This document shows positions 1-9,526 of a DNA stretch of 32,000 nucleotides, piece after piece. This DNA comes from Bacillus subtilis subsp. subtilis str. 168 (GTDB lineage: Bacteria; Bacillota; Bacilli; Bacillales; Bacillaceae), in assembly GCF_000009045.1 (NCBI RefSeq), contig NC_000964.3:4110001-4142000 (forward strand), written 5' to 3'. Under the pieces are notes generated by a model. That model saw nothing but the letters and a program-made list of their open reading frames with translations. It did no database searches and had not been told where the DNA came from. The translations under genes were made by a program, and so were the position numbers. Position 1 is the stretch's first letter; each line of letters begins with the position of its first letter.

Positions 1-247
1 CATCATTGAAGACGGAGCAGGGTTTTTATTATCCTTCCTTCCATTGTTGTTCATCCCGGCAATGACAGGAGTGATAAACTATCCGTCTCTCATTTCATTC
101 AATGGCCTGATGCTGCTGATTACAGTCGTTCTCAGCACCATCGTCACGATCATTGCGGCTGGATTCGCCAGCCAGCTATTAGAGAAAAAAGCAAAAAAAC
201 GGGAGGAGAAAGAGAAATGCAGCAAGCATGTATCGCGATCATTATAA
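1..247 (+). CDS. LrgA/CidA-family holin-like membrane protein, C-terminal part (5' end outside the window)
   Basis: Frame 2 is open from base 2 (IIEDGAGFLLSFLPLLFIPAM...). Hydrophobic segments are followed by a K/E-rich tail. The gene overlaps the start of an LrgB-like gene, the usual LrgA-LrgB pairing. Confidence 0.6.
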   Translation, partial: IIEDGAGFLLSFLPLLFIPAMTGVINYPSLISFNGLMLLITVVLSTIVTIIAAGFASQLLEKKAKKREEKEKCSKHVSRSL

Positions 248-909
248 TTCTTTTAACAGTTGCCGCTTATTTAGCGATGGTCAAACTCTATAAGCGATTC
301 CCGCTTCCATTTCTGATCCCTGTTCTGACAACGACAATTTTGATTGTAGCGGCTTTGATGATGTTTCATGTTTCCTATGAAGGCTATATGATCGGGGGGA
401 AATGGATCAATTCTTTGCTTGGGCCGGCTGTTGTGGCGCTGGCCTATCCGCTTTATAAGCAATGGCATATCATTGTCAAACATTGTGTTCCCATTTTAGG
501 CGGCGTCCTGGTCGGCTTATGCATGGGAATGATCAGCGGGCTGATCTTCGCAGAAGCATTCGGGATTGATCATGATCTCTTATTATCCATTCTGCCAAAA
601 TCGATCACAACCCCTGTCGCTATTCAGATCGCCGCCGGTCTTGGCGGCGTCCCTTCCATGACAGTCGTATTTGTCATGATTGCGGGCTTTTCAGGCGTCA
701 TCCTCGGGCCGCTTTTCCTAAAATGGCTTCGCATACGCAGCTCCCTAGGACAAGGCATTGCATTAGGCAGCGCCTCCCATGCACTGGGTACCTCCAAAGC
801 GTTGGAATATGGGGAATTGGCCGTATCCATGAGTTCCGTCTCCATGACGCTTTGTGCGGTGCTCGGCTCATTCTTCGGCCCGCTCGTCGTCTGGCTGTTT
901 CATATTTAA
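217..909 (+). CDS. yxaC: LrgB-like (CidB/antiholin-like) polytopic membrane protein
   Basis: 230-aa ORF, hydrophobic throughout, typical LrgB size. GGGAGGAG lies about 9 nt upstream of the ATG. It overlaps the upstream LrgA-like ORF by 31 nt. Confidence 0.8.
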   Translation: MQQACIAIIIILLTVAAYLAMVKLYKRFPLPFLIPVLTTTILIVAALMMFHVSYEGYMIGGKWINSLLGPAVVALAYPLYKQWHIIVKHCVPILGGVLVGLCMGMISGLIFAEAFGIDHDLLLSILPKSITTPVAIQIAAGLGGVPSMTVVFVMIAGFSGVILGPLFLKWLRIRSSLGQGIALGSASHALGTSKALEYGELAVSMSSVSMTLCAVLGSFFGPLVVWLFHI

Positions 910-913
910 CAAA

Positions 914-948
914 GAAAGACTGCCCCGGGGGAGGGCAGTCTTTTTCGT
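914..948. terminator. Bidirectional rho-independent terminator between the convergent genes yxaC and yxaB
   Basis: AAAGACTGCCC-cggggga-GGGCAGTCTTT hairpin flanked by an A-run and a T-run. Confidence 0.7.
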
Positions 949-1980
949 TTAAGAAGCAAAAAAATCAATCAACGGCTGAAAGTCCTTAGATAAATCAACG
1001 TCATTCGGTTCTGCTTGAAGCAGGCGGTCAATCATACGCTCCAGCTCCTCAACATCATTCTTATCCGTATATTCAATGAAGTTTAAGCTTTCAAGCCAAT
1101 CCCGATATGAATGTTTGGCTTTGCCATAGCTGTTTCCAAAGACAAGGCAAGGTGTTTTGGTGATAATCGAGAAAATCATCGCGTGAAGGCGGTCGGTAAT
1201 CACCAATTTACTGGAGCCGATGCGGTCCAGCATCTCCATAAAATGCTTTTCACGATCAGCGTAATCGATGGTGTCTACCGTATCCAGCACCGTATCGGTA
1301 CGCTCTGTGTAAGTTGTTTTTTCTGCCCATTGCTTCATCTGTGAAATAAAATCTTCGTCAGTCACTTTCTCCTTATCCGCTCTTAAAATAAAGAGAACGC
1401 CGTCCCGCTCGAGCTCTCGCGGCACAATATCCAAGGAAAGCACCATGTCCGGTGTAAAGATCACATTGGAGTTGAAGGTCTCTTTCACAACATCCAGTGT
1501 TTGCGTCTCACGCGCAGCAATCGTTAAGTTTGTATTTTGATGGTACGCATCCTGTGTTTTTTTCTTTTCCTTCTGTCCTTCCTCTGTATCCTCAAAATAA
1601 ACGGATTGTGGCAGAGAAATTGATTTGTAGTCTTTAAACGCCGAAAAGACCTTTCTTCTGTCTTCCTCAATATCGAGATAAAGGTTTCCTAAATTCCCTC
1701 CGCCTGTAAAGCAGACAATATCGTCTTCACGAATGATCTCCTTCACCAGTTCAATGCCCTCATCCGTCGCATAATCCATAATCTCAATGTATTCATAATA
1801 CGGAAAATGATTTTTGATAAATTTCTCTTCCGCATACGCAATCGCTTGGTCGCCAATGTTTGTGTAGCTAGGGGAACCAAACAAAAATACTTTTCGTTTA
1901 TCATTTAACAGAGCTTCCGGCTCCACATTTGGCGCAATGCCTTTTACTAGTTTTTTGCCTTTGATTTCTTGTACAGTCAT
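949..1980 (-). CDS. yxaB: Polysaccharide pyruvyl transferase family protein (CsaB-like)
   Basis: The ORF-track ORF is 949..2013. I place the start at the internal ATG (MTVQEIKGKK...) because GAAGGAGGA lies 7 nt upstream of it. Pyruvyl-transferase-like motifs: GSPSYTNIGDQAI and TDRLHAMIFS. Confidence 0.8.
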   Translation of the reverse strand: MTVQEIKGKKLVKGIAPNVEPEALLNDKRKVFLFGSPSYTNIGDQAIAYAEEKFIKNHFPYYEYIEIMDYATDEGIELVKEIIREDDIVCFTGGGNLGNLYLDIEEDRRKVFSAFKDYKSISLPQSVYFEDTEEGQKEKKKTQDAYHQNTNLTIAARETQTLDVVKETFNSNVIFTPDMVLSLDIVPRELERDGVLFILRADKEKVTDEDFISQMKQWAEKTTYTERTDTVLDTVDTIDYADREKHFMEMLDRIGSSKLVITDRLHAMIFSIITKTPCLVFGNSYGKAKHSYRDWLESLNFIEYTDKNDVEELERMIDRLLQAEPNDVDLSKDFQPLIDFFAS

Positions 1981-2072
1981 ATCTGCGTCCTCCTTCTGGG
2001 ATGAATTCCTCATTGTGTGTTAACTGTCTCTACCCAAAAAGAAGGATGGCTATGCATTGGCATGTGCATCGG

Positions 2073-3221
2073 CTATATCAGAAACATCGTTTTCGCCAAT
2101 TTGATAGACGCTGCAATGTCCCGCGCCGTTCTTTCCATATATTCCGCGGCATGTTCAAACGCGTCTTCTAGTGGCACGGCTCCGGGGACGATGCTGAAAA
2201 GCGCATCGATTCCGTGTTGATAGACGGCATTACTGTCTCGGGAAATTGATCCCGCAATGCCGATAACGGGCACATCGTATGATTTAGCGGCCTTGGCCAC
2301 CCCGATCGGTGTTTTTCCATGAACCGTTTGGCTGTCGATTCGTCCCTCGCCGGTAATCACAAGGTCTGCATCCTGAACGATACTTTCAAAATCAACCGCT
2401 TCAAGGACAATATCAATGCCTCTTTTCAGGTCAGCCTGAAGATAAGTTAGCAGGCTCCATCCAAGACCGCCCGCTGCACCGGCGCCCTCTGTATCTCGGA
2501 AGGTTGATCCGAGCGCTTTTTCTGCCATATCAGCGAAATGGCTTACGTTCTGGTCTAGTACATCCAACATGTCGGCCGTCGCGCCTTTTTGCGGCCCGAA
2601 AACAGCCGTAGCACCCTTTGGTCCTGTTAACGGATTGTCCACGTCACAGGCAACTTCCAGTTTGACATTCCGCAATCTGGAATCAAGCCCGCTCACATCT
2701 ATTGATGCAAGCTGAGATAACGCGCCGCCCCCTGGGCCAATCTCGCTGCCTGAGTTATCAAGAAGCCTTCCGCCCAATGCCTGAATCATCCCGGCTCCCC
2801 CGTCGTTCGTGGCGCTTCCGCCGATTCCGATGATCAATCGCTCCGCTCCCGCATCAAGAGCTGCTCCGATTAATTCTCCCGTTCCCCTTGTTGTAGTGAT
2901 GAGCGGATTTCGCTTATCTACAGGCACCAGATGCAGCCCTGAAGCAGCAGCCATTTCAATCACAGCTGTTCTCCCATCTCCCATCATGCCAAAGAAAGCT
3001 CTCACCGGTTCCCCCAGCGGCCCTGTGACAACTTGCTCTATGATCCTTCCATTGGTCGCATCGACCAGAGATTGAACGGTTCCCTCGCCGCCATCCGCCA
3101 CCGGCAATTTTCTGTAATCAGCACCCGGAAAGACCGATTTGAAACCTCTTTCTATCGCTTCGGCTGCCTCCAGAGCTGATAAGCTTTCCTTAAAAGAATC
3201 AGGTGCAATGATGATTTTCAT
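2073..3221 (-). CDS. glxK: Glycerate kinase
   Basis: MKIIIAPDSFKESLSA N-terminus, GGSATNDGGAGM and VITGEGRIDSQT motifs of the glycerate kinase family. Start chosen at MKIII (AAAGAGG RBS) rather than the upstream ATG at 3251. Confidence 0.9.
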   Translation of the reverse strand: MKIIIAPDSFKESLSALEAAEAIERGFKSVFPGADYRKLPVADGGEGTVQSLVDATNGRIIEQVVTGPLGEPVRAFFGMMGDGRTAVIEMAAASGLHLVPVDKRNPLITTTRGTGELIGAALDAGAERLIIGIGGSATNDGGAGMIQALGGRLLDNSGSEIGPGGGALSQLASIDVSGLDSRLRNVKLEVACDVDNPLTGPKGATAVFGPQKGATADMLDVLDQNVSHFADMAEKALGSTFRDTEGAGAAGGLGWSLLTYLQADLKRGIDIVLEAVDFESIVQDADLVITGEGRIDSQTVHGKTPIGVAKAAKSYDVPVIGIAGSISRDSNAVYQHGIDALFSIVPGAVPLEDAFEHAAEYMERTARDIAASIKLAKTMFLI

Positions 3222-3336
3222 CCAAATCGCCTCTTTCAAAACATGATTCACTTAACCTATTGATCTCCAATGTACCATAATTGATCTGGAAATACATACC
3301 ATGCAATATGGTAAAAATTTAAATAAAAATTAGAAA

Positions 3337-3350
3337 TGAAAGTGTTTGCA
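3337..3350 (+). promoter_or_regulatory. Candidate upstream cre (CcpA site) overlapping the gnt -35
   Basis: TGAAAGTGTTTGCA compared with the cre consensus TGWAANCGNTNWCA (two mismatches). My recollection is that the gnt operon has a promoter-proximal cre. Confidence 0.45.
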
Positions 3351-3374
3351 TAAAAGAAATATTCACGTTATCAT
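3346..3374 (+). promoter_or_regulatory. SigA-type gnt operon promoter
   Basis: TTGCAT (3346-3351), 17-nt spacer, TATCAT (3369-3374), about 45 nt upstream of the gntR ATG. Confidence 0.6.
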
Positions 3375-3390
3375 ACTTGTATACAAGTAT
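3373..3390. promoter_or_regulatory. GntR operator (perfect 18-bp palindrome)
   Basis: ATACTTGTATACAAGTAT is perfectly palindromic and overlaps the -10/+1 region. It matches the GntR-family operator core. Confidence 0.85.
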
Positions 3391-3416
3391 ACTCCTTGAG
3401 TGAGGAAGGTGAGTGT

Positions 3417-4148
3417 ATGCTAGACTCCAAAGACCTGTTGTATCCCGCAAAATGGCTCTCAAAAGCGTCAACCGGAGTTCGTGTCGCATACGAGCTGAGA
3501 ATGCGGATCGTTTCAGGTCTGATTGAAAGCGGTACCATTTTATCAGAAAATACAATCGCCGCCGAGTTTTCAGTAAGCCGTTCGCCGGTTCGCGAAGCGC
3601 TAAAAATACTCGCATCCGAAAAAATCATCCGCTTAGAACGAATGGGAGCGGTCGTAATTGGTTTAACTGAGAAGAAAATCGCGGAAATTTATGATGTGCG
3701 GTTACTATTAGAAACATTTGTCTTTGAACGGCTTGTCAAAATAGACATTGAGCCTTTAGTTAAGGATCTCAGCAAAATTCTTGAAATGATGAAAGTCTCA
3801 ATCAAATATGAGGATGCTGACGAATTTTCATTTCAAGATGTGCTGTTCCATGAAACGATTATCCGAGCGATTGATCATTCATACATTCAGATGATCTGGA
3901 ACAATCTAAAACCCGTCATGGAAAGCTTTATTCTTTTATCGATGCGGGTACGGTTAAAGGAAAAGTATGAAGACTTCACAAGGATTTTAGATAACCACGA
4001 GCTTTATATTCAAGCCATCAAAACAAAGGATAGGGCGCTGATGATTCAGTCTCTTCACCAAAACTTTGATGATGTGCAGGATAAGGTAGAAGACCTATGG
4101 CTCTCACAACAAATGCTGGCAAAAGGAGCTGAATACAACAATGACTAG
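3417..4148 (+). CDS. gntR: Gluconate operon repressor GntR (founding member of the GntR family)
   Basis: 243 aa from MLDSKDLLYPAKW. GGAAGGTGAG RBS. Winged-helix segment ENTIAAEFSVSRSPVREALKIL. The stop overlaps the gntK start (ATGACTAG). Confidence 0.95.
   Translation: MLDSKDLLYPAKWLSKASTGVRVAYELRMRIVSGLIESGTILSENTIAAEFSVSRSPVREALKILASEKIIRLERMGAVVIGLTEKKIAEIYDVRLLLETFVFERLVKIDIEPLVKDLSKILEMMKVSIKYEDADEFSFQDVLFHETIIRAIDHSYIQMIWNNLKPVMESFILLSMRVRLKEKYEDFTRILDNHELYIQAIKTKDRALMIQSLHQNFDDVQDKVEDLWLSQQMLAKGAEYNND
3524..3537 (+). promoter_or_regulatory. cre (CcpA/HPr-Ser-P site) inside the gntR coding sequence
   Basis: TGAAAGCGGTACCA is a close match to the cre consensus. I recognise it as the downstream gnt cre. 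Confidence 0.8.
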
Positions 4149-5682
4149 TTATATGTTAGGAATCGATATCGGCACGACAAGCACAAAAGCTGTGCTGTTC
4201 AGTGAAAACGGAGATGTGGTACAGAAAGAAAGCATCGGCTACCCGCTCTATACACCGGACATCTCAACAGCTGAACAAAATCCGGAAGAGATTTTTCAGG
4301 CAGTCATCCATACAACAGCGAGAATTACAAAACAGCATCCCGAAAAACGGATCTCTTTCATTTCGTTCAGCAGCGCCATGCACAGCGTCATTGCAATCGA
4401 CGAAAATGACAAGCCGCTGACGCCATGCATTACATGGGCCGACAACAGAAGTGAAGGCTGGGCGCATAAGATCAAAGAGGAATTGAACGGACATGAGGTG
4501 TACAAACGGACGGGAACACCGATTCATCCGATGGCACCGTTAAGTAAAATTGCCTGGATCACGAATGAAAGAAAAGAAATCGCTTCCAAGGCAAAAAAAT
4601 ATATCGGCATCAAAGAATACATTTTTAAACAGCTGTTCAATGAGTATGTCATCGATTACTCATTGGCATCAGCGACAGGCATGATGAACCTGAAGGGCTT
4701 GGATTGGGACGAAGAGGCACTGCGCATCGCAGGCATCACGCCGGATCACTTATCCAAACTCGTGCCGACAACCGAGATCTTTCAGCACTGCAGCCCGGAA
4801 ATAGCGATCCAAATGGGAATCGATCCGGAAACGCCTTTTGTCATCGGCGCCAGCGACGGCGTGCTGTCCAACCTCGGCGTCAACGCCATTAAAAAGGGTG
4901 AAATCGCCGTCACCATCGGTACAAGCGGTGCCATTCGGACGATTATTGACAAGCCGCAAACCGATGAAAAAGGGAGAATTTTTTGCTATGCCTTGACGGA
5001 CAAGCATTGGGTTATTGGGGGACCTGTGAACAATGGGGGCATCGTCCTTCGCTGGATCAGAGACGAGTTTGCCTCCTCCGAAATCGAAACAGCGACACGG
5101 CTGGGCATTGATCCATATGACGTGCTGACGAAAATTGCCCAACGCGTCAGACCCGGTTCTGACGGTCTGCTGTTCCACCCATATCTCGCCGGAGAACGCG
5201 CTCCGTTGTGGAATCCGGATGTACGCGGCTCATTTTTCGGCTTGACCATGTCGCATAAGAAAGAGCATATGATACGCGCGGCATTGGAAGGCGTCATTTA
5301 CAACCTGTACACGGTGTTCTTGGCGTTAACTGAATGCATGGATGGCCCGGTAACCCGCATCCAAGCGACAGGGGGTTTTGCAAGGTCGGAGGTTTGGCGC
5401 CAAATGATGTCGGATATCTTCGAATCAGAGGTTGTCGTTCCGGAAAGCTACGAAAGCTCATGTCTCGGCGCCTGCATTTTAGGCCTGTATGCAACAGGAA
5501 AAATCGATTCTTTCGACGCCGTGTCCGATATGATCGGCAGCACATACAGACATACGCCGATCGAAGACTCAGCCAAGGAATACAGAACATTAATGCCGAT
5601 TTTCATCAATCTATCAAGATTATTAGAAAATCAATATACACAAATTGCAGATTATCAGAGGGGCTTAATCACACACAAATAG
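4141..5682 (+). CDS. gntK: Gluconate kinase (FGGY carbohydrate kinase family)
   Basis: 513 aa. GIDIGTTSTKAVLF N-terminal FGGY motif. Sits in the gnt operon. Confidence 0.95.
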   Translation: MTSYMLGIDIGTTSTKAVLFSENGDVVQKESIGYPLYTPDISTAEQNPEEIFQAVIHTTARITKQHPEKRISFISFSSAMHSVIAIDENDKPLTPCITWADNRSEGWAHKIKEELNGHEVYKRTGTPIHPMAPLSKIAWITNERKEIASKAKKYIGIKEYIFKQLFNEYVIDYSLASATGMMNLKGLDWDEEALRIAGITPDHLSKLVPTTEIFQHCSPEIAIQMGIDPETPFVIGASDGVLSNLGVNAIKKGEIAVTIGTSGAIRTIIDKPQTDEKGRIFCYALTDKHWVIGGPVNNGGIVLRWIRDEFASSEIETATRLGIDPYDVLTKIAQRVRPGSDGLLFHPYLAGERAPLWNPDVRGSFFGLTMSHKKEHMIRAALEGVIYNLYTVFLALTECMDGPVTRIQATGGFARSEVWRQMMSDIFESEVVVPESYESSCLGACILGLYATGKIDSFDAVSDMIGSTYRHTPIEDSAKEYRTLMPIFINLSRLLENQYTQIADYQRGLITHK

Positions 5683-5710
5683 TACATGACATGAAGGGGA
5701 GGGCATTACC

Positions 5711-7057
5711 ATGCCGTTAATCATCGTTGCACTTGGGATCTTAGCATTACTATTTCTGATTATGGGCTTAAAATTAAACACATTTATTTCCCTGCTGGTC
5801 GTATCGTTCGGCGTGGCACTGGCACTCGGGATGCCGTTCGATAAAGTTGTCAGCTCCATCGAAGCAGGAATAGGGGGGACTCTTGGCCACATCGCGCTCA
5901 TCTTCGGACTCGGTGCGATGCTGGGCAAACTGATCGCGGATTCAGGAGGCGCACAGCGCATTGCGATGACGCTCGTCAACAAATTCGGTGAGAAAAATAT
6001 TCAATGGGCCGTTGTCATTGCCTCATTCATTATTGGGATTGCGTTATTTTTTGAAGTAGGACTGGTTCTATTAATTCCGATTGTCTTTGCGATTTCAAGA
6101 GAATTGAAGATTTCTATTTTATTTCTCGGAATCCCGATGGTCGCGGCACTATCCGTCACACACGGTTTCCTGCCGCCGCACCCGGGACCTACGGCGATCG
6201 CCGGTGAGTATGGCGCAAACATTGGAGAAGTGCTGCTGTACGGCTTTATCGTTGCTGTTCCGACAGTGCTCATTGCAGGGCCGTTATTTACAAAGTTCGC
6301 GAAAAAAATCGTTCCTGCATCATTTGCGAAAAACGGCAATATTGCATCACTCGGCACACAAAAAACATTTAACCTTGAAGAAACACCCGGCTTTGGAATC
6401 AGTGTCTTTACTGCAATGCTCCCGATTATCATCATGTCGGTCGCGACCATTATCGACCTGCTTCAAGAAACAATCGGGTTTGCAGATAACGGAGTTTTAG
6501 CTTTTATCAGATTGATTGGAAACGCATCGACTGCTATGATTATTTCGTTATTGGTCGCAGTCTATACAATGGGCATCAAGCGCAACATTCCAGTCAAAAC
6601 CGTGATGGATTCTTGTTCAACTGCCATTTCACAAATCGGCATGATGCTTTTGATCATCGGAGGAGGCGGCGCCTTCAAACAAGTGCTGATCAACGGCGGT
6701 GTCGGCGATTACGTAGCAGACTTATTCAAAGGAACGGCATTATCGCCAATCATTCTGGCATGGCTCATCGCAGCGATCCTGCGCATTTCTCTAGGATCGG
6801 CGACTGTTGCCGCACTAAGCACAACAGGTCTGGTCATTCCGTTATTGGGCCATTCTGATGTTAACCTGGCGTTAGTCGTACTCGCAACAGGAGCCGGAAG
6901 TGTCATCGCTTCACACGTCAATGACGCCGGCTTCTGGATGTTCAAGGAATACTTCGGATTAAGCATGAAAGAAACATTCGCCACATGGACATTGCTGGAA
7001 ACCATTATTTCCGTTGCTGGACTGGGATTCATTTTATTGTTAAGTTTAGTTGTATGA
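5711..7057 (+). CDS. gntP: Gluconate:H+ permease (GntP family)
   Basis: 448-aa polytopic membrane ORF. GGGGAGGG RBS. Lies between gntK and gntZ. Confidence 0.95.
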   Translation: MPLIIVALGILALLFLIMGLKLNTFISLLVVSFGVALALGMPFDKVVSSIEAGIGGTLGHIALIFGLGAMLGKLIADSGGAQRIAMTLVNKFGEKNIQWAVVIASFIIGIALFFEVGLVLLIPIVFAISRELKISILFLGIPMVAALSVTHGFLPPHPGPTAIAGEYGANIGEVLLYGFIVAVPTVLIAGPLFTKFAKKIVPASFAKNGNIASLGTQKTFNLEETPGFGISVFTAMLPIIIMSVATIIDLLQETIGFADNGVLAFIRLIGNASTAMIISLLVAVYTMGIKRNIPVKTVMDSCSTAISQIGMMLLIIGGGGAFKQVLINGGVGDYVADLFKGTALSPIILAWLIAAILRISLGSATVAALSTTGLVIPLLGHSDVNLALVVLATGAGSVIASHVNDAGFWMFKEYFGLSMKETFATWTLLETIISVAGLGFILLLSLVV

Positions 7058-7079
7058 AATTAAGAAGGAGCTGTAACAC

Positions 7080-8486
7080 ATGTTCAATTCGATTGGTGTC
7101 ATAGGCTTAGGCGTAATGGGAAGCAACATCGCCTTAAACATGGCAAATAAAGGCGAAAACGTCGCTGTCTATAATTACACCAGAGATTTAACGGACCAGC
7201 TTATCCAAAAGCTGGATGGACAATCTCTCAGCCCGTATTACGAGCTTGAGGACTTTGTTCAATCGTTAGAAAAACCAAGAAAAATCTTTTTGATGGTCAC
7301 AGCGGGAAAACCCGTAGATTCCGTCATCCAATCATTAAAGCCTTTGCTTGAAGAAGGCGACGTCATCATGGACGGAGGAAACTCCCACTATGAAGACACA
7401 GAAAGAAGATATGACGAGCTGAAGGAAAAAGGGATCGGCTACCTGGGAGTCGGCATTTCCGGCGGTGAAGTCGGTGCGTTAACAGGGCCTTCCATCATGC
7501 CGGGCGGAGATCGCGACGTCTATGAGAAAGCCGCTCCTATCCTGACGAAAATCGCAGCCCAAGTCGGAGATGACCCTTGCTGTGTCTATATCGGACCAAA
7601 AGGGGCAGGGCACTTTACAAAAATGGTGCACAACGGCATTGAATATGCCGACATGCAGCTGATTGCAGAAGCTTATACGTTTCTAAGAGAAACGCTTCGT
7701 CTGCCGCTAGATGAAATTGCATCTATTTTTGAAACATGGAATCAAGGTGAGCTGAAAAGCTATTTAATAGAGATTACAGCTGAGATTTTACGCAAAAAAG
7801 ACGAAAAAACAGGACAGCCTCTGATCGATGTCATCCTTGATAAAACCGGCCAAAAAGGCACCGGAAAATGGACGAGCATGCAGGCGATTGATAACGGCAT
7901 CCCGTCCACGATCATCACAGAGTCCTTGTTCGCCCGCTACTTGTCATCTTTAAAAGAAGAACGGATGGCAGCTCAAGATGTATTAGCAGGCCCGGAAGCC
8001 GAAGAAAAACACTTGGATAAAGACACTTGGATTGAATACGTCAGACAGGCTCTTTACATGGGGAAAGTATGCGCCTATGCACAAGGCTTTGCCCAATATA
8101 AGATGTCATCTGAGCTTTACGGCTGGAATCTGCCGCTCAAAGACATCGCCTTGATTTTCCGAGGCGGCTGCATCATCCGCGCTGATTTCCTAAACGTGAT
8201 CAGCGAAGCATTCAGTGAGCAGCCAAATCTGGCTAACCTGCTGATCGCGCCTTATTTCACAGATAAGCTCCATGCCTATCAAACAGGCCTGCGAAAAGTC
8301 GTTTGCGAGGGTATCAGCACCGGAATCTCTTTCCCATGCTTAACTACCGCGCTCTCTTATTACGACGGCTACCGCACAGGGCGTTCCAATGCGAACCTCT
8401 TGCAGGCACAGCGCGATTACTTTGGCGCTCACACGTACGAACGGACTGATATGGACGGCGTCTTCCATACGAATTGGTCTGAATAA
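7080..8486 (+). CDS. gntZ: 6-phosphogluconate dehydrogenase (decarboxylating), gnt-operon paralogue
   Basis: 468 aa. GLGVMGSNIALNMANKG dinucleotide-binding motif and a 6PGDH C-terminal domain. AAGGAG RBS. Confidence 0.95.
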   Translation: MFNSIGVIGLGVMGSNIALNMANKGENVAVYNYTRDLTDQLIQKLDGQSLSPYYELEDFVQSLEKPRKIFLMVTAGKPVDSVIQSLKPLLEEGDVIMDGGNSHYEDTERRYDELKEKGIGYLGVGISGGEVGALTGPSIMPGGDRDVYEKAAPILTKIAAQVGDDPCCVYIGPKGAGHFTKMVHNGIEYADMQLIAEAYTFLRETLRLPLDEIASIFETWNQGELKSYLIEITAEILRKKDEKTGQPLIDVILDKTGQKGTGKWTSMQAIDNGIPSTIITESLFARYLSSLKEERMAAQDVLAGPEAEEKHLDKDTWIEYVRQALYMGKVCAYAQGFAQYKMSSELYGWNLPLKDIALIFRGGCIIRADFLNVISEAFSEQPNLANLLIAPYFTDKLHAYQTGLRKVVCEGISTGISFPCLTTALSYYDGYRTGRSNANLLQAQRDYFGAHTYERTDMDGVFHTNWSE

Positions 8487-8495
8487 CCTGTATTA

Positions 8496-8531
8496 AAAAC
8501 ACGGTCAGTTTCAACTGAACCGTGTTTTTTT
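8496..8531 (+). terminator. gnt operon rho-independent terminator
   Basis: AAAAACACGGTCAGTT-tc-AACTGAACCGTGT followed by a T8 run. Confidence 0.8.
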
Positions 8532-8850
8532 CTTCTATCCCAAACAACAGAAGACATAAGTTATGTTTTAAATATCATAAACAGTGATACAATAATAGCT
8601 AGAAACAATCCCCAAGATCATCATGTGACAGCAGATTGCTGTTCCGTTCTATTCTGCTTTTGGCCATTGTCCTTTGCCCTTGACCATGGTGTCATAAAAT
8701 GTTCAAATGCCAAAACGGCCTGGCATTCTGATTTACAAAAGTCCCTGAAAACCTTATCTAATTGAGAATCAGCCTCTCATTTATTATAAAAGAAATGCCT
8801 AAATCCTACCTGTCACACCTTTATTAAGATGAAAAAAAGTAGGTTATGGC

Positions 8851-8904
8851 TTGACAAAAAATATATATTAATTAATAATTCATATATAATTAGAATTATT
8901 ATTG
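8851..8904 (+). promoter_or_regulatory. ahpC promoter with Per-box-like AT-rich operator
   Basis: TTGACA at 8851-8856, 17-nt spacer, AATAAT at 8874-8879. TTAGAATTATTATTG (8890-8904) resembles the PerR box TTATAATNATTATAA. ahpCF is a known PerR target. Confidence 0.5.
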
Positions 8905-8949
8905 AAAGCGATTATGCTTTCTAATACATTTTTAGGAGGAATATACATT

Positions 8950-9513
8950 ATGTCTTTAATCGGTAAAGAAGTACTTCCATTCGAAGCAAAAGCATTCAAA
9001 AACGGTGAATTCATCGATGTAACAAACGAAGATTTGAAAGGCCAATGGAGCGTATTCTGCTTCTACCCAGCAGATTTCTCTTTCGTATGCCCAACTGAGC
9101 TTGAAGATCTTCAAGAACAATATGCTGCACTTAAAGAATTAGGTGTTGAAGTATACTCTGTTTCTACAGATACTCACTTCGTACACAAAGGCTGGCATGA
9201 CAGCTCTGAAAAAATCAGCAAAATCACTTACGCAATGATCGGTGACCCATCTCAAACGATCTCTCGCAACTTCGATGTTCTTGACGAAGAAACTGGCCTT
9301 GCTGACCGCGGAACATTCATCATCGATCCAGACGGCGTTATCCAAACTGTTGAAATCAATGCAGGCGGTATCGGCCGTGACGCAAGCAACCTTGTAAACA
9401 AAGTAAAAGCAGCTCAATACGTTCGTCAAAACCCAGGTGAAGTTTGCCCGGCTAAATGGGAAGAAGGCGGCGAAACTCTTACACCTAGCCTTGATCTAGT
9501 AGGTAAAATCTAA
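8950..9513 (+). CDS. ahpC: Alkyl hydroperoxide reductase, peroxiredoxin subunit C
   Basis: 187 aa from [23 protein letters not shown] 9 nt upstream. Peroxidatic Cys motif [13 protein letters not shown] and resolving Cys in EVCPAKW. The ORF-track start at 8902 lacks an RBS. Confidence 0.95.
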   Translation: MSLIGKEVLPFEAKAFKNGEFIDVTNEDLKGQWSVFCFYPADFSFVCPTELEDLQEQYAALKELGVEVYSVSTDTHFVHKGWHDSSEKISKITYAMIGDPSQTISRNFDVLDEETGLADRGTFIIDPDGVIQTVEINAGGIGRDASNLVNKVKAAQYVRQNPGEVCPAKWEEGGETLTPSLDLVGKI

Positions 9514-9526
9514 GGAGTGCATTCAA

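Noticed and set aside
4750-5178. Antisense or shadow ORFs inside well-supported genes. Examples: 4750..5178, 4986..5297, 6001..6450, 6709..7032, 12066..12365, 18560..19045, 26636..26947, 27665..28135, 29055..29336.
   Set aside because: Each lies wholly inside a longer ORF on the opposite strand, or in another frame, that has clear family motifs. None has an RBS or a recognisable domain. Such ORFs are a typical artefact in GC-normal coding DNA.
8902-8949. N-terminal extension of ahpC in the ORF track ([16 protein letters not shown]...).
   Set aside because: The AGGAGGA RBS lies inside this extension, 9 nt upstream of the ATG at 8950. Peroxiredoxin homology also begins at MSLIGKEV.
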